Part shown: positions 1-10,190 of the stretch, piece by piece
Layout of the letters: every line of letters starts with the position of its first letter
Position numbering within the stretch: position 1 is the stretch's first letter
Assembly: GCA_964503265.1 (NCBI GenBank)
Contig: CAZCYO010000004.1
Span: 162,157-226,156, forward strand
Direction: 5' to 3'
Origin: an uncultured Gammaproteobacteria bacterium
Lineage (GTDB): Bacteria; Patescibacteriota; Microgenomatia; Levybacterales; UBA12049
Length of the DNA stretch: 64,000 bases
Made by a program: the position numbers and the translations under genes
Notes under the pieces: generated by a model
Seen by the model: the letters and a program-made list of their open reading frames with translations, nothing else
Database searches by the model: none
Told to the model about the DNA's origin: nothing

Positions 1-24
1 AGATCGCTAAGAAAAGATATTTCT

Positions 25-1287
25 TCATGTCTCTTTCTTTTTTTTCTTACTAACAAAAGCGATAATACTAGCACAAATGACATAATAACCTATCACGAGA
101 CTGACAGGAAATAGTGTCACCGTCAGGGTAAGATTGTACTTCCCTAGGTATTCAACCACAGAGGTAAAGTACCAGAGAAAAGGGAAAGACAAATATAAAA
201 AAGGTATCGCAAGTGGCCGAAGCAGTATGCCAAGTAGTGCTGCAAGTGATCCAAGAACCATGAGTGGTGGAATTGTCCAGAGCACCAGTGCATTAACGAG
301 CACTGAAAGCACTCCATACTGTCCAAAGGTGAGAAACATCACTGGAACTGTCGCAATTTGTGCTGCTACTGTCGTTGTTACATCTTCTAGAAACACCCAT
401 TTCTTTTCAAGAGAAACAAATAATGGCTTTATCACGAGAATGCCAAGGGTTGAGAGAAATGATAGCTGAAAACCGACATCTTCAATAAGAACTGGCTTCC
501 AAAGAAGGAGTAGATATCCGGTTATTCCAAGCGTAAGAAACGCTGTATGTTGCCTACCTAGAATACTAGCTGAAAACACGAGGATACCCATGATCGACGC
601 ACGGAGAATGGATGGCTGTAACCCACTTAATACTGCATAGAAAAGCACACCGAGAATACTAATAATTACAGCATGCTGGCGTTTACATACCTTTCCAAGG
701 AGAAAAAAGAGTGCGCCAGCAACCATAGAAACGTTCATACCAGATGCTGCGATAACATGAAGTACTCCGCCTGATTTAAGGGATGCATGAAAGTCATCTG
801 GTAATCCTTCATTTATCCCAAACACAATTCCCATCAGCAGACTATCGGCCGGTTGAGGAAGATATGCATGAAACGTTTCTGAGACATTTTGACGAATGAA
901 ACGCGCATATGTAACAAGAAAGTTACTCGAATTAGAAGAACGTATAATTTTTGGATAATCCAATGAATAGATTGTCTTTTCAACCCCTATGCTTTTTATG
1001 TTTTTTGCTTTAAGCGTTCCTTTGACTAGTAAACTGTCACCATAATGATACTGTGGAAATCTCCCCGATGTAACAAAAATTCGCCAATGATTTCTATAAT
1101 ACAGGATGAACGATTGTTGATTTCCTGATAGCTTTGGTTCTGTGAGAAGCGTTGCAGTCAGGGTAATTGATTGACCATTAGTTAGAACCTCCCCGGGTCG
1201 ATAAAATACGAGATACCGTCCAGCAAGTAAGAGAAATAACCCGATAAATATAATAATATAACTATTTCTAGCCATAGCCACCATCAA
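25..1287 (-). CDS. comEC: ComEC/Rec2-family DNA internalization channel, competence domain only; no C-terminal metallo-beta-lactamase domain evident
   Basis: 420-aa polytopic membrane protein. Motif LHVIAASGMNVSMVAG resembles the ComEC competence-domain signature. comEA lies immediately upstream on the same strand. Confidence 0.6.
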   Translation of the reverse strand: MMVAMARNSYIIIFIGLFLLLAGRYLVFYRPGEVLTNGQSITLTATLLTEPKLSGNQQSFILYYRNHWRIFVTSGRFPQYHYGDSLLVKGTLKAKNIKSIGVEKTIYSLDYPKIIRSSNSSNFLVTYARFIRQNVSETFHAYLPQPADSLLMGIVFGINEGLPDDFHASLKSGGVLHVIAASGMNVSMVAGALFFLLGKVCKRQHAVIISILGVLFYAVLSGLQPSILRASIMGILVFSASILGRQHTAFLTLGITGYLLLLWKPVLIEDVGFQLSFLSTLGILVIKPLFVSLEKKWVFLEDVTTTVAAQIATVPVMFLTFGQYGVLSVLVNALVLWTIPPLMVLGSLAALLGILLRPLAIPFLYLSFPFLWYFTSVVEYLGKYNLTLTVTLFPVSLVIGYYVICASIIAFVSKKKKKET

Positions 1288-1347
1288 TCTCCTGAAAAAA
1301 CCTGCAGTTTCACAGCGAGTCTTGAAGTGTTCCGAGTATAAAACTCA

Positions 1348-2085
1348 CTACTGCACCGTAATCTTATCTTTCAATTTTTCATACGTAGCCTGACCGACTG
1401 CTTTTTTCGTAACGAGATCTTCTGGATGTGAATATGGTCGACTGGAAATAATTTTACTCGCAGTAACAGACCCTACACCTGGCAAGCTATCAAGTTCTTC
1501 TGTTGAGGCTGTATTGATGTTTATCAGACCAGACGACCTAGTGCTTGCTCCAAGTACAGTCTGCCCCGATTGAATCGGGGTCTGCTGACCAACTGAGGCT
1601 GTCAAATCTTCTCCAAGAAATGGAATATATATTTTCATACCATCTGAGAGTTTTTCAGCTAAGTTAAGACCTTTCGCTACTTTTTCATGGTCTACAGTCC
1701 TACTCAGTCCTCCAGATTTCGTTATCAAATCCTGTAATCGTGCAGTACTCTCAAGGTGATATACACCTGGTCGTACAACTGCTCCTTCGATATCAACGAC
1801 AATTTCAGAAATCTGAGTTGGAGAGATCGTACCAGTAGCTACAGGTTGGTCTGAGGTCTGAAACGTAACATCTTCAACAGATGGCTTATGCATAAACTGA
1901 ATCAAACCATACATAAAGACTACTAAACCAATCAGGAAGAGGCCAATCACTAAGCCATATTGTTTAAGAAGTAGTAGGGGCTGAACAGTTCCCTCTTCCA
2001 TAAAAAATACTGTTATACGAGATGCTGAAACAAATTCAGCAGCAACACTATATTTACCGTAGCAACAAACACCAGAGCTTTGCAA
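1348..2085 (-). CDS. comEA: ComEA-like competence DNA-binding protein with N-terminal membrane anchor and C-terminal helix-hairpin-helix
   Basis: C-terminus NINTASTEELDSLPGVGSVTASKII matches the ComEA HhH motif. A TM segment lies near the N-terminus. The true start may be the internal Met at about 2001. Confidence 0.6.
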   Translation of the reverse strand: MQSSGVCCYGKYSVAAEFVSASRITVFFMEEGTVQPLLLLKQYGLVIGLFLIGLVVFMYGLIQFMHKPSVEDVTFQTSDQPVATGTISPTQISEIVVDIEGAVVRPGVYHLESTARLQDLITKSGGLSRTVDHEKVAKGLNLAEKLSDGMKIYIPFLGEDLTASVGQQTPIQSGQTVLGASTRSSGLININTASTEELDSLPGVGSVTASKIISSRPYSHPEDLVTKKAVGQATYEKLKDKITVQ

Positions 2086-2093
2086 TACGTAAT

Positions 2094-4634
2094 TTAGGAG
2101 ACGACGAAGTTAAGAATTTTACCAGGAACGTAGATAACTTTTCTGATTTCCTTATCACTAATATATTCAGAGACACGAGTATTTGACTGTGCAATCTGCC
2201 TAACAGCTGCCTCATCAGTACTTTCCTTACTTCCAACCGTTATAACCACACGAACTTTCCCATTTACTTGAACGGCTATAGAACATGAATCCTCTATTAA
2301 GTACGTCTCGTTAACCACAGGCCATGATTGGCTATGAACTGAATCAGTATGAGCAAGTACACTAGTCCATAATTCCTCTGCCATATGAGGGGCAAATGAA
2401 GCTAATAATAACACCATCACTTCATACTCCTGAGTGCTAACCTTTTCCTTCTTACTAAGCGCATTGAGCCATTCCATAAGCGATGCAATAGCCGTATTAA
2501 ACTTCAACTCAGCAATATCTTCCCCCACCTTTTTAATCGTTCTATGCATAATTGATAGATCATCAGATGATACATTAGTTCTACCTTCTAACTCCTCACT
2601 ACTAACTGCTAACTTCCCTTGTAAGTCCCATACGCGTTTTAAGAAACGATAGGAACCGTACACACCGTGAGTATCCCAGGGAAGATCCTGACTCCATGGT
2701 CCCATGAACATTTCATACACACGAAGCGTATCAGCACCAAATTCACGTACGACATCATCTGGATTAATGACATTACCAAAGCTCTTACTCATTTTCCTTC
2801 CATCTGGCCCTCCAACAATCCCGACGCGTCTGAGCCGTGCAAATGGTTCAATAATATTAGTCATTCCACGATCTACAAAGACTTTCTGCCAAAATCGTGC
2901 GTATAAAAGATGCAGGACAGCGTGTTCTGCTCCTCCTAAATACCAGTCAACAGGCATCCACCGCTCTGCGGAATCTCCAATTTCCAATTTCCAATTTCCA
3001 AGGTTTGGAATAATATCCTTATTCAATTCTGCGTTTCTTGCAAAAGCAAGAAAATACCATGAACTGCCTGCCCAATTAGGCATGGTGTCAGTCTCGCGTG
3101 TTGCAGGTCCACCACATGTTGGACATGTCGTGTTAACCCATTCCTTCATGGTTGATAACGGAGATTGACCATTATCTGTCGGTTCATACCGCTGTACGTC
3201 AGGAAGAGTGATTGGCAACTGGTCTTCTGGGATCAACACGACTCCATTCTCATCACCACATGTTGCGCAATACACAAATGGAAATGGTTCGCCCCAGTAT
3301 CGTTGTCGTGAAAAAATCCAATCACGCAACTTAAATGTTACTTTTTTTGATCCTTTTTTATTTATTTCGAGATATTCTGATATGTTCGTTATTGCTTCTT
3401 GTGATGTTTGACCAGTAAATTCACCTGATGAAACCAACGTTCCATATTCAGTCGTTGCTTTAGTTAGCTCTGATTCCCCAGCTGTATTTTTCGTCGCAAT
3501 AACTTCAACGAGTGGTAAGCTATATTTTTCAGCGAAAGCAAAATCTCTTGTGTCATGTGCTGGGACTAACATCACTGCGCCATGTCCATACCATCCGATC
3601 ACATAATCAGCGACCCAAACTGGAAGCTTCTCCCCAGTAATAGGATGACTTGCATAGATCCCTGTGAAAACACCTGTTTTTTCTTTCTCAAGCTGTGTTC
3701 GCTCCATTTCAGATTTTCGACTCGCACTTTTGACATATTCCGATACATTTTCAACCACTCCACTGTCATTTATGGCACTACCTGAGAGCAGATCCTTCAC
3801 TAATTGATGTTCTGGAGCCACCACTATCGCAGTCACACCAAACAATGTATCGGCTCGAGTTGTAAAAACCTTGATTCTTGATTCTTGCTTGTCCGCCGAA
3901 GCTTCAGCGAAGGAGGAATCGTTCACGGCAAACTCAATTTCCGTCCCTTCACTTTTGCCTATCCAGTTTCGTTGCATCTCTAAAATTCCCTCAGGCCAGT
4001 CAAGTCCTTCCAAATCAGTAAGCAGTCGATCGGCATATGCCGTAATTTTCATAATCCACTGAGGCATTTCACGTTTTTCAACAGGCGTACCACAGCGCTC
4101 ATGACGTCCATCTGCCAAGACTTCCTCATCAGCCAGACCTGTTAGACATTTGGGACACCAGTTCATAGGGATTGATTTACGGTATACTAAGCCTTCTTTA
4201 TAGATTTGCTGGAATAGCCATTGAGTCCATTTGTAGTAGTTAGGATCAGTTGTATTCACTTCTTTTTTCCAATCATACGAGAAGCCAAGTGATTGCATTT
4301 GTGACTTAAATGTAGCAATATTTTGCGTAGTTGCCTCCTGAGGCTTGATGCCTGTTTTAATTGCGTAGTTTTCAGTTGGCAAACCAAAAGCATCCCATCC
4401 CATCGGATAGAGCACTGACTTACCTTGCATGCGATAATATCGAGCGAGCACATCTGTTGCGGTATAAATACGTACATGCCCGACGTGAAGCCCCGCACCT
4501 GATGGATACGGGAACATGCCTAACACATACGTTTTACTTGTCCCTGATTTTGTTGCATAGAGATCAGATGACTCCCAGAACTGTTGCCATTTTGGTTCAA
4601 TATCTTTAGGGATATATTTCTTCGTAGTATTCAT
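2094..4634 (-). CDS. leuS: leucyl-tRNA synthetase
   Basis: 846 aa. HIGH-type motif PYPSGAGLHVGHV, KMSKS motif KMSKSFGNVINP, and LeuRS-typical length and editing-domain region. Confidence 0.92.
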   Translation of the reverse strand: MNTTKKYIPKDIEPKWQQFWESSDLYATKSGTSKTYVLGMFPYPSGAGLHVGHVRIYTATDVLARYYRMQGKSVLYPMGWDAFGLPTENYAIKTGIKPQEATTQNIATFKSQMQSLGFSYDWKKEVNTTDPNYYKWTQWLFQQIYKEGLVYRKSIPMNWCPKCLTGLADEEVLADGRHERCGTPVEKREMPQWIMKITAYADRLLTDLEGLDWPEGILEMQRNWIGKSEGTEIEFAVNDSSFAEASADKQESRIKVFTTRADTLFGVTAIVVAPEHQLVKDLLSGSAINDSGVVENVSEYVKSASRKSEMERTQLEKEKTGVFTGIYASHPITGEKLPVWVADYVIGWYGHGAVMLVPAHDTRDFAFAEKYSLPLVEVIATKNTAGESELTKATTEYGTLVSSGEFTGQTSQEAITNISEYLEINKKGSKKVTFKLRDWIFSRQRYWGEPFPFVYCATCGDENGVVLIPEDQLPITLPDVQRYEPTDNGQSPLSTMKEWVNTTCPTCGGPATRETDTMPNWAGSSWYFLAFARNAELNKDIIPNLGNWKLEIGDSAERWMPVDWYLGGAEHAVLHLLYARFWQKVFVDRGMTNIIEPFARLRRVGIVGGPDGRKMSKSFGNVINPDDVVREFGADTLRVYEMFMGPWSQDLPWDTHGVYGSYRFLKRVWDLQGKLAVSSEELEGRTNVSSDDLSIMHRTIKKVGEDIAELKFNTAIASLMEWLNALSKKEKVSTQEYEVMVLLLASFAPHMAEELWTSVLAHTDSVHSQSWPVVNETYLIEDSCSIAVQVNGKVRVVITVGSKESTDEAAVRQIAQSNTRVSEYISDKEIRKVIYVPGKILNFVVS

Positions 4635-4810
4635 GCTGTATATTATACAGTATAGTTATTCATTTGTACCAAGTGTCTCTATAATTACTGACAACTTCTC
4701 ATCTTTTTTCCCTAAACACAGTCACTCTTCACATATAACATACACTCATGGACGTTTTGTCAGTTTCCGCCTCTCATTGACAAGTTTTTGAAAATATCAA
4801 TTAGATTGAT

Positions 4811-5680
4811 TTGTCAGTCTTTTTCTTATTATTTTTGTATCTATTTTTCTATGTTTTTTCAGTGACAGTAAAAGTACCGCAAAGAATGTATAACATCGCC
4901 CATGAGTCGATTAATGATACTTTGATACATATTCTTTTGCGATATAAACGAATTACCGAACACTATTCATTGACGATATATCATTCACGTTTAGATAATT
5001 TCCTTGATTCTTCTGAGGTGATTGATTATTCTAGTAGTATGTTCGTTTCTGCCCAATTACTTTCACTTATCATTCCATACCTGGCACTTGTCGTTATTAC
5101 GACAACACCCATTTCAGAATTTCACGTTCCCATTCTAGGATTAGTCACGTTCTTTTATCTTCTTTTTTCTTTTATCTCGCGTAAGAAAACTCATTCAGAT
5201 AACCAAACGCAAAATCTTACAACCTCAGCAATTATTCTTTTTTTAGTACTCTCTGTAATATCGCTTACGGGCGGAACCGCTTCGTTATTTTTCTTTCTTC
5301 TCTATTTTATGGCCTTTTTAATTGCTTTCACAGCACCACCTGAAGCTGTGTTCGTCTTTGCAGCCACGACTGTATTATTCTACCTTTTCTTGGAAGGACG
5401 AACTGTTGAATCGTTCTCCCTCTCACTCCATCTTATGTCTGTCGTTCTACTTTCCCCGCTTGCATACTTTTTTGGGAAAGAATTTCAAGAACAAGCAAAA
5501 CAAAAAGTAGAACATGATCGAAATGAGCAGAAGAAAGAGAGTGCAACGACAAATATAAGCAATGACGTGATAGAAGTGCTAAAAGATAACAGAGCCACAC
5601 TAAGTGATGAAAGTGTCGAAAAACTTAATGATATCCTCGAAGAAGCAGAAGAAATACGAGAAATTGATGGCATCAAGTAG
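4811..5680 (+). CDS. hypothetical polytopic membrane protein with acidic coiled-coil C-terminus
   Basis: Long ORF with several hydrophobic helices; no recognisable family. Confidence 0.35.
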   Translation: MSVFFLLFLYLFFYVFSVTVKVPQRMYNIAHESINDTLIHILLRYKRITEHYSLTIYHSRLDNFLDSSEVIDYSSSMFVSAQLLSLIIPYLALVVITTTPISEFHVPILGLVTFFYLLFSFISRKKTHSDNQTQNLTTSAIILFLVLSVISLTGGTASLFFFLLYFMAFLIAFTAPPEAVFVFAATTVLFYLFLEGRTVESFSLSLHLMSVVLLSPLAYFFGKEFQEQAKQKVEHDRNEQKKESATTNISNDVIEVLKDNRATLSDESVEKLNDILEEAEEIREIDGIK

Positions 5681-6449
5681 TATGTATAGAGTAGTATGTA
5701 TCATTACTTATCAGGCGAAATTATTAATTCTTCTTGTCCTACTTGCGACATGCTACTTGCTACTTGCTACAATACAATCCCATGCATTTACCATGAGTAA
5801 TGGGAATTGGATTATCCAGATGGGAAACCTTAATTCGGCAGCAGGAAAACCATCAAATAGCAACTTCAAGCTTGGAGTGACAGTCGGAGAAAATGGTCGA
5901 GGGCTTTATACGGGAACGAATTACAAAGTACGAGCAGGATTCCAATATATTAGTTCGATTATTCGATTTAGGTTTAGTATTTCAAACCTCCTTATCGACT
6001 TTGGAACACTCACACCAACTAATCCTGTTAAAAGAACGAATACATTGACAGTCACTAATGGCTCTGCAAACGGATATGCTGTAACCGCATTTGAAAACCA
6101 CCAACTCCTCGTTCCGGCCTCAGGGGTACTCATACCAGATACAACGTGTGACACTGGGCTCTGCACCGAAAGCACCGCTGCCTCATGGCCTGATTCAAGT
6201 ATTCTTGTGTATGGATTTGGCTATCGTTGTGATAACCTCTCAGGCACAGATTGTAGTACCTTCTCGACTGACTATTATAAGCAGTTCGCTGATGATTCAA
6301 AAGCAGAGACGCCACAGACTGTTATGTCTAGTCTTCTGGTGGGCAAAAATCGACAGGCGCAAATAACGTACAAAGTAAACATATCAGGTACACAGGCAGC
6401 TGGAAGGTACTCAAATGTGATTACCTATATCGCAACACCGACATACTAA
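5661..6449 (+). CDS. secreted protein, short member of the C-terminal ...TYIATPTY family (paralog of the three large proteins downstream)
   Basis: Signal-peptide-like N-terminus (LLILLVLLATCYLLLATIQSHA). C-terminus GRYSNVITYIATPTY parallels YRTMFTYVATATF in the downstream genes. Start chosen at an internal Met; the ORF track starts at 5604. Confidence 0.4.
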   Translation, partial: KLMASSSMYRVVCIITYQAKLLILLVLLATCYLLLATIQSHAFTMSNGNWIIQMGNLNSAAGKPSNSNFKLGVTVGENGRGLYTGTNYKVRAGFQYISSIIRFRFSISNLLIDFGTLTPTNPVKRTNTLTVTNGSANGYAVTAFENHQLLVPASGVLIPDTTCDTGLCTESTAASWPDSSILVYGFGYRCDNLSGTDCSTFSTDYYKQFADDSKAETPQTVMSSLLVGKNRQAQITYKVNISGTQAAGRYSNVITYIATPTY

Positions 6450-6507
6450 TGTGCGGAGTTAGTAGATAAAAGTTGGGAGTTAGGAGTTAGAATAATTACT
6501 AATACAT

Positions 6508-7530
6508 ATGAAAAAAATAATATTGTTTCTTTTTCTATCTCCTATCTCCTATCTCCTATCTCCGATGCCTTCAGCTTTCGCCGAAGGCATTGATCTTGGC
6601 ATCTATCCTCCAATTATTCAAATAGATAGTACTCCTCCTTCTAGTATAAAAGCTCCTCTGGCTATAGAAAATAATAGTGAATCAGATGTAACTGCGACAA
6701 TCCAATATAAACTCTTTCGTCCCTCTAAAGATGAAAACGGTACTATTACGTATCTAACAGGAAAAGAAGCCGTGCCATCCCCAGATCCCCTTCTGTTTCA
6801 AAAAGTCCAAGTGATGGAAAATGATCATGTCGTCACAGCGGTCAAACTCGCTCCTGGTCAACAAAAAAACCTTGAGGTTCATATCGGCATTGATAAAGCT
6901 GCAGTTCCAGCCGATTACTACTTTTCAATCGTTTTTTTAGCCAAACAATCAGATACATACCAAAGTAGTAGTGACACTAGCCTCGATAATCAAAATGCGA
7001 CGATAACAACTGGTGGAGTTGCGACAAATGTTCTCCTCTCAATTGGTCCAAAAGGCAAACCAACTGGTAAAATTAGTGAATTTTCGAGCTCACCATTTGT
7101 CAGTAGTGGACCTCTCCCCTTTACGCTTAGAGTTGAAAACACGAGTAATCATAGCATTGCACCAAGTGGGTCTATCTTTATTAAGAATATTTTTGGTCAG
7201 TATGTTGGGAAAGTCGATATCTTACCTGCAACTATTCTTTCTCACAGTACCCGTGCACTCACTGATACAAAAAGTATTGATGAAAATACCGCATCTAGTT
7301 TTTACCAGGCAAATCATCCAAATCAAAAACCTATCATGTTGTGGCCAGAAACATTTTTAGTCGGGCCATATACAGTCGGTGTCTATGTAAAACTTTCAGA
7401 TGAAGGCCCAATCATTACAAGAACACTCTATTTTTTTGCATTCCCCTGGCAAGGTGTAATCGTACTCATAATACTCCTTCTAATGGGCATCATTGTACGT
7501 GAAAAAGTGAAAAAAAGACTACACGGTTAA
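6508..7530 (+). CDS. cell-surface protein with signal peptide and C-terminal transmembrane anchor (CscA/DUF916-like architecture)
   Basis: N-terminal signal peptide and a C-terminal hydrophobic helix followed by a basic tail (IVLIILLLMGIIVREKVKKRLHG). Paralog of 9034..10110. Confidence 0.5.
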   Translation: MKKIILFLFLSPISYLLSPMPSAFAEGIDLGIYPPIIQIDSTPPSSIKAPLAIENNSESDVTATIQYKLFRPSKDENGTITYLTGKEAVPSPDPLLFQKVQVMENDHVVTAVKLAPGQQKNLEVHIGIDKAAVPADYYFSIVFLAKQSDTYQSSSDTSLDNQNATITTGGVATNVLLSIGPKGKPTGKISEFSSSPFVSSGPLPFTLRVENTSNHSIAPSGSIFIKNIFGQYVGKVDILPATILSHSTRALTDTKSIDENTASSFYQANHPNQKPIMLWPETFLVGPYTVGVYVKLSDEGPIITRTLYFFAFPWQGVIVLIILLLMGIIVREKVKKRLHG

Positions 7531-7537
7531 TTCATCC

Positions 7538-7572
7538 TTGACAAGTTAATTCTTTTATCGCAATACTGGAGT
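7538..7572 (+). promoter_or_regulatory. sigma70-like promoter (TTGACA-N17-CAATAC) directly abutting the start codon of 7573, possibly a leaderless mRNA
   Basis: TTGACA at 7538..7543; A/T-rich -10-like hexamer about 17 nt downstream. Confidence 0.4.
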
Positions 7573-8994
7573 ATGTTAAGAAATATTATATCTAAGATTG
7601 TGCTTGTATTGACACTTCTGCCTTTACTAGGTGTCTTCGTTCATACCGCAGAAGCAGCGACATTGTCAGCAGTTAAAGATACCATTACTACTTCTCGCCC
7701 ATCAGCTTCATGGTATCTCTCAAGTGACTATGCCACGACAGACACGACTGTTTCAATGACCGGTAATTCTACTTCACGCTATCTTGCCTCAGATTCTGCT
7801 CGACTCATTAGTGGCAATGGAACACCTCTTGGAAGCGCTGTAGTCGTTGCTTCACAATCTGCAGACTTAAAAACAGTGTATCTGGCCAACAGTAGTGGAA
7901 CTGCTGCTAAAACACCTTCAGATATCTTAATCGTACCGATTACAGCTAAACATACCTTTGTCTTTACGACTGTTACTTCTGTTGCATCTACTGGAAAGAT
8001 TGTCATCACCTTTCCTGGGTCTGGATCTAACATTGCTTCTCCCTCTGCTTCCACCTTCTCTTTTAATGGTCTTGCGAGTGCCAACATTAACACCACGTTT
8101 AGCTCAGGCACAACCACGTGTGGATCATATACCATCAGTGCTCCAACTATTACGTGTAACTTAGCTACTGCTGGTATTAACCCAGGTGTTACTGTCACGA
8201 TGGTTATTGGTAATTCAACCCCTGCCCTTATTAACCCTACTAAGTCAAATACTGCAGGTAGCAACGATTCGTGGAGAGTTACTGTGCAAACAACAGATAG
8301 TGGTGGCCTTGTGCTTGATGATGCGAAAATTGCGATTGGCACGATTGACTCTGTTAAAGTTACGGCTGATGTCGATCCATCACTTACGTTTACCATTGCG
8401 GGTGTAGCACCAGGCACAACGTTAAGTGGTATTAGTTCAACGACGAGTGTGTGTGGAGACACGACTACGGCTGGATTGCCAGCTGCAACAGCAACAGAAG
8501 TGAACCTAGGCTCACTTCGTAATGCAGCGATTAGTATAGCTGCACAGCGATTAACAGTCTCAACCAATGGTGCACAAGGATACACGATCTCTGCTACCTC
8601 TAGTGGCCGTATGATTAATCCTGCTACTGGTTTCTGGCTCTATGGATTAAATGGTGACACATTGCTCTCAGCTAATGATACCCCTGTCCCAGCAACCTTT
8701 AGGGCATCTGGATTTGAGGGCTTTGGCATCTCAGCATGTGGATCTCACTCAAGCACAATTGTGAGTAGCCAATGGGGTGGTAATGCATGTGCAACAGGAT
8801 TTTCAAGTGGCTGTAAGTATTCTAATCCGTACAATGTAGGAACAGCATCATTCTACTCAACAATCACATCCTATACTGGTGGCGCCGTCTCCTCTGATGA
8901 CACGATTGTAAAGTATGCAGGCACCGTCTCAGGAACCACACCTCCAGGTACGTACCGAACGATGTTTACTTATGTTGCCACTGCGACGTTTTGA
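7573..8994 (+). CDS. secreted Ser/Thr-rich surface protein with conserved C-terminal domain (FWLYGL ... YRTMFTYVATATF), possible WxL-like wall-binding protein
   Basis: Signal peptide. Near-identical paralog at 10191..11624 and more distant paralog at 11684..13093. C-terminal motif sits at the extreme C-terminus. Confidence 0.55.
   Translation: MLRNIISKIVLVLTLLPLLGVFVHTAEAATLSAVKDTITTSRPSASWYLSSDYATTDTTVSMTGNSTSRYLASDSARLISGNGTPLGSAVVVASQSADLKTVYLANSSGTAAKTPSDILIVPITAKHTFVFTTVTSVASTGKIVITFPGSGSNIASPSASTFSFNGLASANINTTFSSGTTTCGSYTISAPTITCNLATAGINPGVTVTMVIGNSTPALINPTKSNTAGSNDSWRVTVQTTDSGGLVLDDAKIAIGTIDSVKVTADVDPSLTFTIAGVAPGTTLSGISSTTSVCGDTTTAGLPAATATEVNLGSLRNAAISIAAQRLTVSTNGAQGYTISATSSGRMINPATGFWLYGLNGDTLLSANDTPVPATFRASGFEGFGISACGSHSSTIVSSQWGGNACATGFSSGCKYSNPYNVGTASFYSTITSYTGGAVSSDDTIVKYAGTVSGTTPPGTYRTMFTYVATATF
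8097..8840 (+). repeat. about 745-nt block essentially identical to 10727..11470 (offset 2630 nt) inside the tandem paralogs. Flanking parts of the two genes are clearly diverged.
   Basis: Identity begins at tttagctcaggcacaaccacgtgtggatc in both copies and decays near ggaacagc(a/t)tcattctactc. Confidence 0.8.
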
Positions 8995-9033
8995 TCTATT
9001 GCAACAATCTAAGATACTTGTAAGAATAATAGT

Positions 9034-10110
9034 ATGATTCAAATAACTGCCCAGTCAAAAGAATTACTAAAACAACCTGTTATGTCGACATTTAAAGTTG
9101 GAATAACTGTTGGTTTTATGGCAGTAACGCTCTTAGCTGCTTCACCATTTGCAATGTCTCTTTCCCCTTCTTCACAAGCTCATGCTCAATCAGTTAGAAC
9201 CATGACAATTGTTCCACCTACCGTTCAACTAGAACTAAATCCTGGGGAGACAACAGAAGGCACGATGAAGATTATTAATGATAGTGATGAGCCTCTTGAT
9301 CTTTCAGTCATGATGCAAGATTTTATCGTGGATAATAAAAATAGTATCCCAAATATCTTAACGCCTGATACTCTTTCTAATAAATATTCTGCGTCTGCCT
9401 GGATTGGTATTGATCAAATGCTTTTTAGTGTCCAACCGACAAAAACACAGCAACTCCACTACTATGTTCAGGTCCCTAAAAATGCTCGTCCTGGAGGCCA
9501 TTACGCTGCGAGTATTTTTAGTCCAAAGACTGAGAGCCAAGCAAATGGATCAGGAGCTGTCGTTAATTCACAAATAGGAACTCTTTTCTATATTACAGTC
9601 AAAGGTCCTGTTACCCAAAAAGCAACAGTTGAATCATTTACTGCACCAGGATTCTCCGAATACGGTCCTGTGGCTATTACCACAAATATTAAAAACAGTA
9701 GCGATATTCATATTCAACCAAACGGTATGATTACTGTTAAAAATATGTTTGGTCAAACAAGAGAACAGCTCTCTTTTAGCGGGAAAAATATTTTTCCTGA
9801 AGCTGTTCGTGAATTCGTCCATGAAGCAGGTAAAAAATCATTTATGATTGGACGATACACAGCCACTCTTAATGCATACTACGGTAGTAATCATGATCTC
9901 CCACTTGTCGCAACTGTTGCTTTCTGGGTTATCCCATGGAAGATTATCGTCGTGATTACACTTGCAATTATTGCAGCTGTACTTGGCTATCTCGCTATGA
10001 AGAAAAGAAATACAACACCAGAGGAACCAAAAGAACAGCAACCAACTGAATCAGCTACTCACGAAGAAGGAATAAAATCTCAAACAGATGCAGCTCCACA
10101 ACATGAGTAA
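9034..10110 (+). CDS. cell-surface protein with signal peptide and C-terminal TM anchor plus Pro/Glu-rich tail (paralog of 6508..7530)
   Basis: Signal peptide AVTLLAASPFAMS and C-terminal helix IIVVITLAIIAAVLGYLAMKKRN. Domain order shared with 6508..7530. Confidence 0.5.
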   Translation: MIQITAQSKELLKQPVMSTFKVGITVGFMAVTLLAASPFAMSLSPSSQAHAQSVRTMTIVPPTVQLELNPGETTEGTMKIINDSDEPLDLSVMMQDFIVDNKNSIPNILTPDTLSNKYSASAWIGIDQMLFSVQPTKTQQLHYYVQVPKNARPGGHYAASIFSPKTESQANGSGAVVNSQIGTLFYITVKGPVTQKATVESFTAPGFSEYGPVAITTNIKNSSDIHIQPNGMITVKNMFGQTREQLSFSGKNIFPEAVREFVHEAGKKSFMIGRYTATLNAYYGSNHDLPLVATVAFWVIPWKIIVVITLAIIAAVLGYLAMKKRNTTPEEPKEQQPTESATHEEGIKSQTDAAPQHE

Positions 10111-10154
10111 TCGGGTTATAAATTCTCCAAAGGTTAAATAAATGTCTTAAATCC

Positions 10155-10190
10155 TTGACCAAAATATACATTTTCTGTTTAGATTAGTAT
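10155..10190 (+). promoter_or_regulatory. sigma70-like promoter (TTGACC-N17-...TAGATT) upstream of 10191
   Basis: Positional analogue of the 7538 promoter in front of the duplicated gene. Confidence 0.35.

Noticed and set aside
134-469. Plus-strand ORF overlapping comEC, and similar small ORFs overlapping leuS (2434..4609)
   Set aside because: Shadow ORFs within well-supported genes; no RBS or protein-like features.
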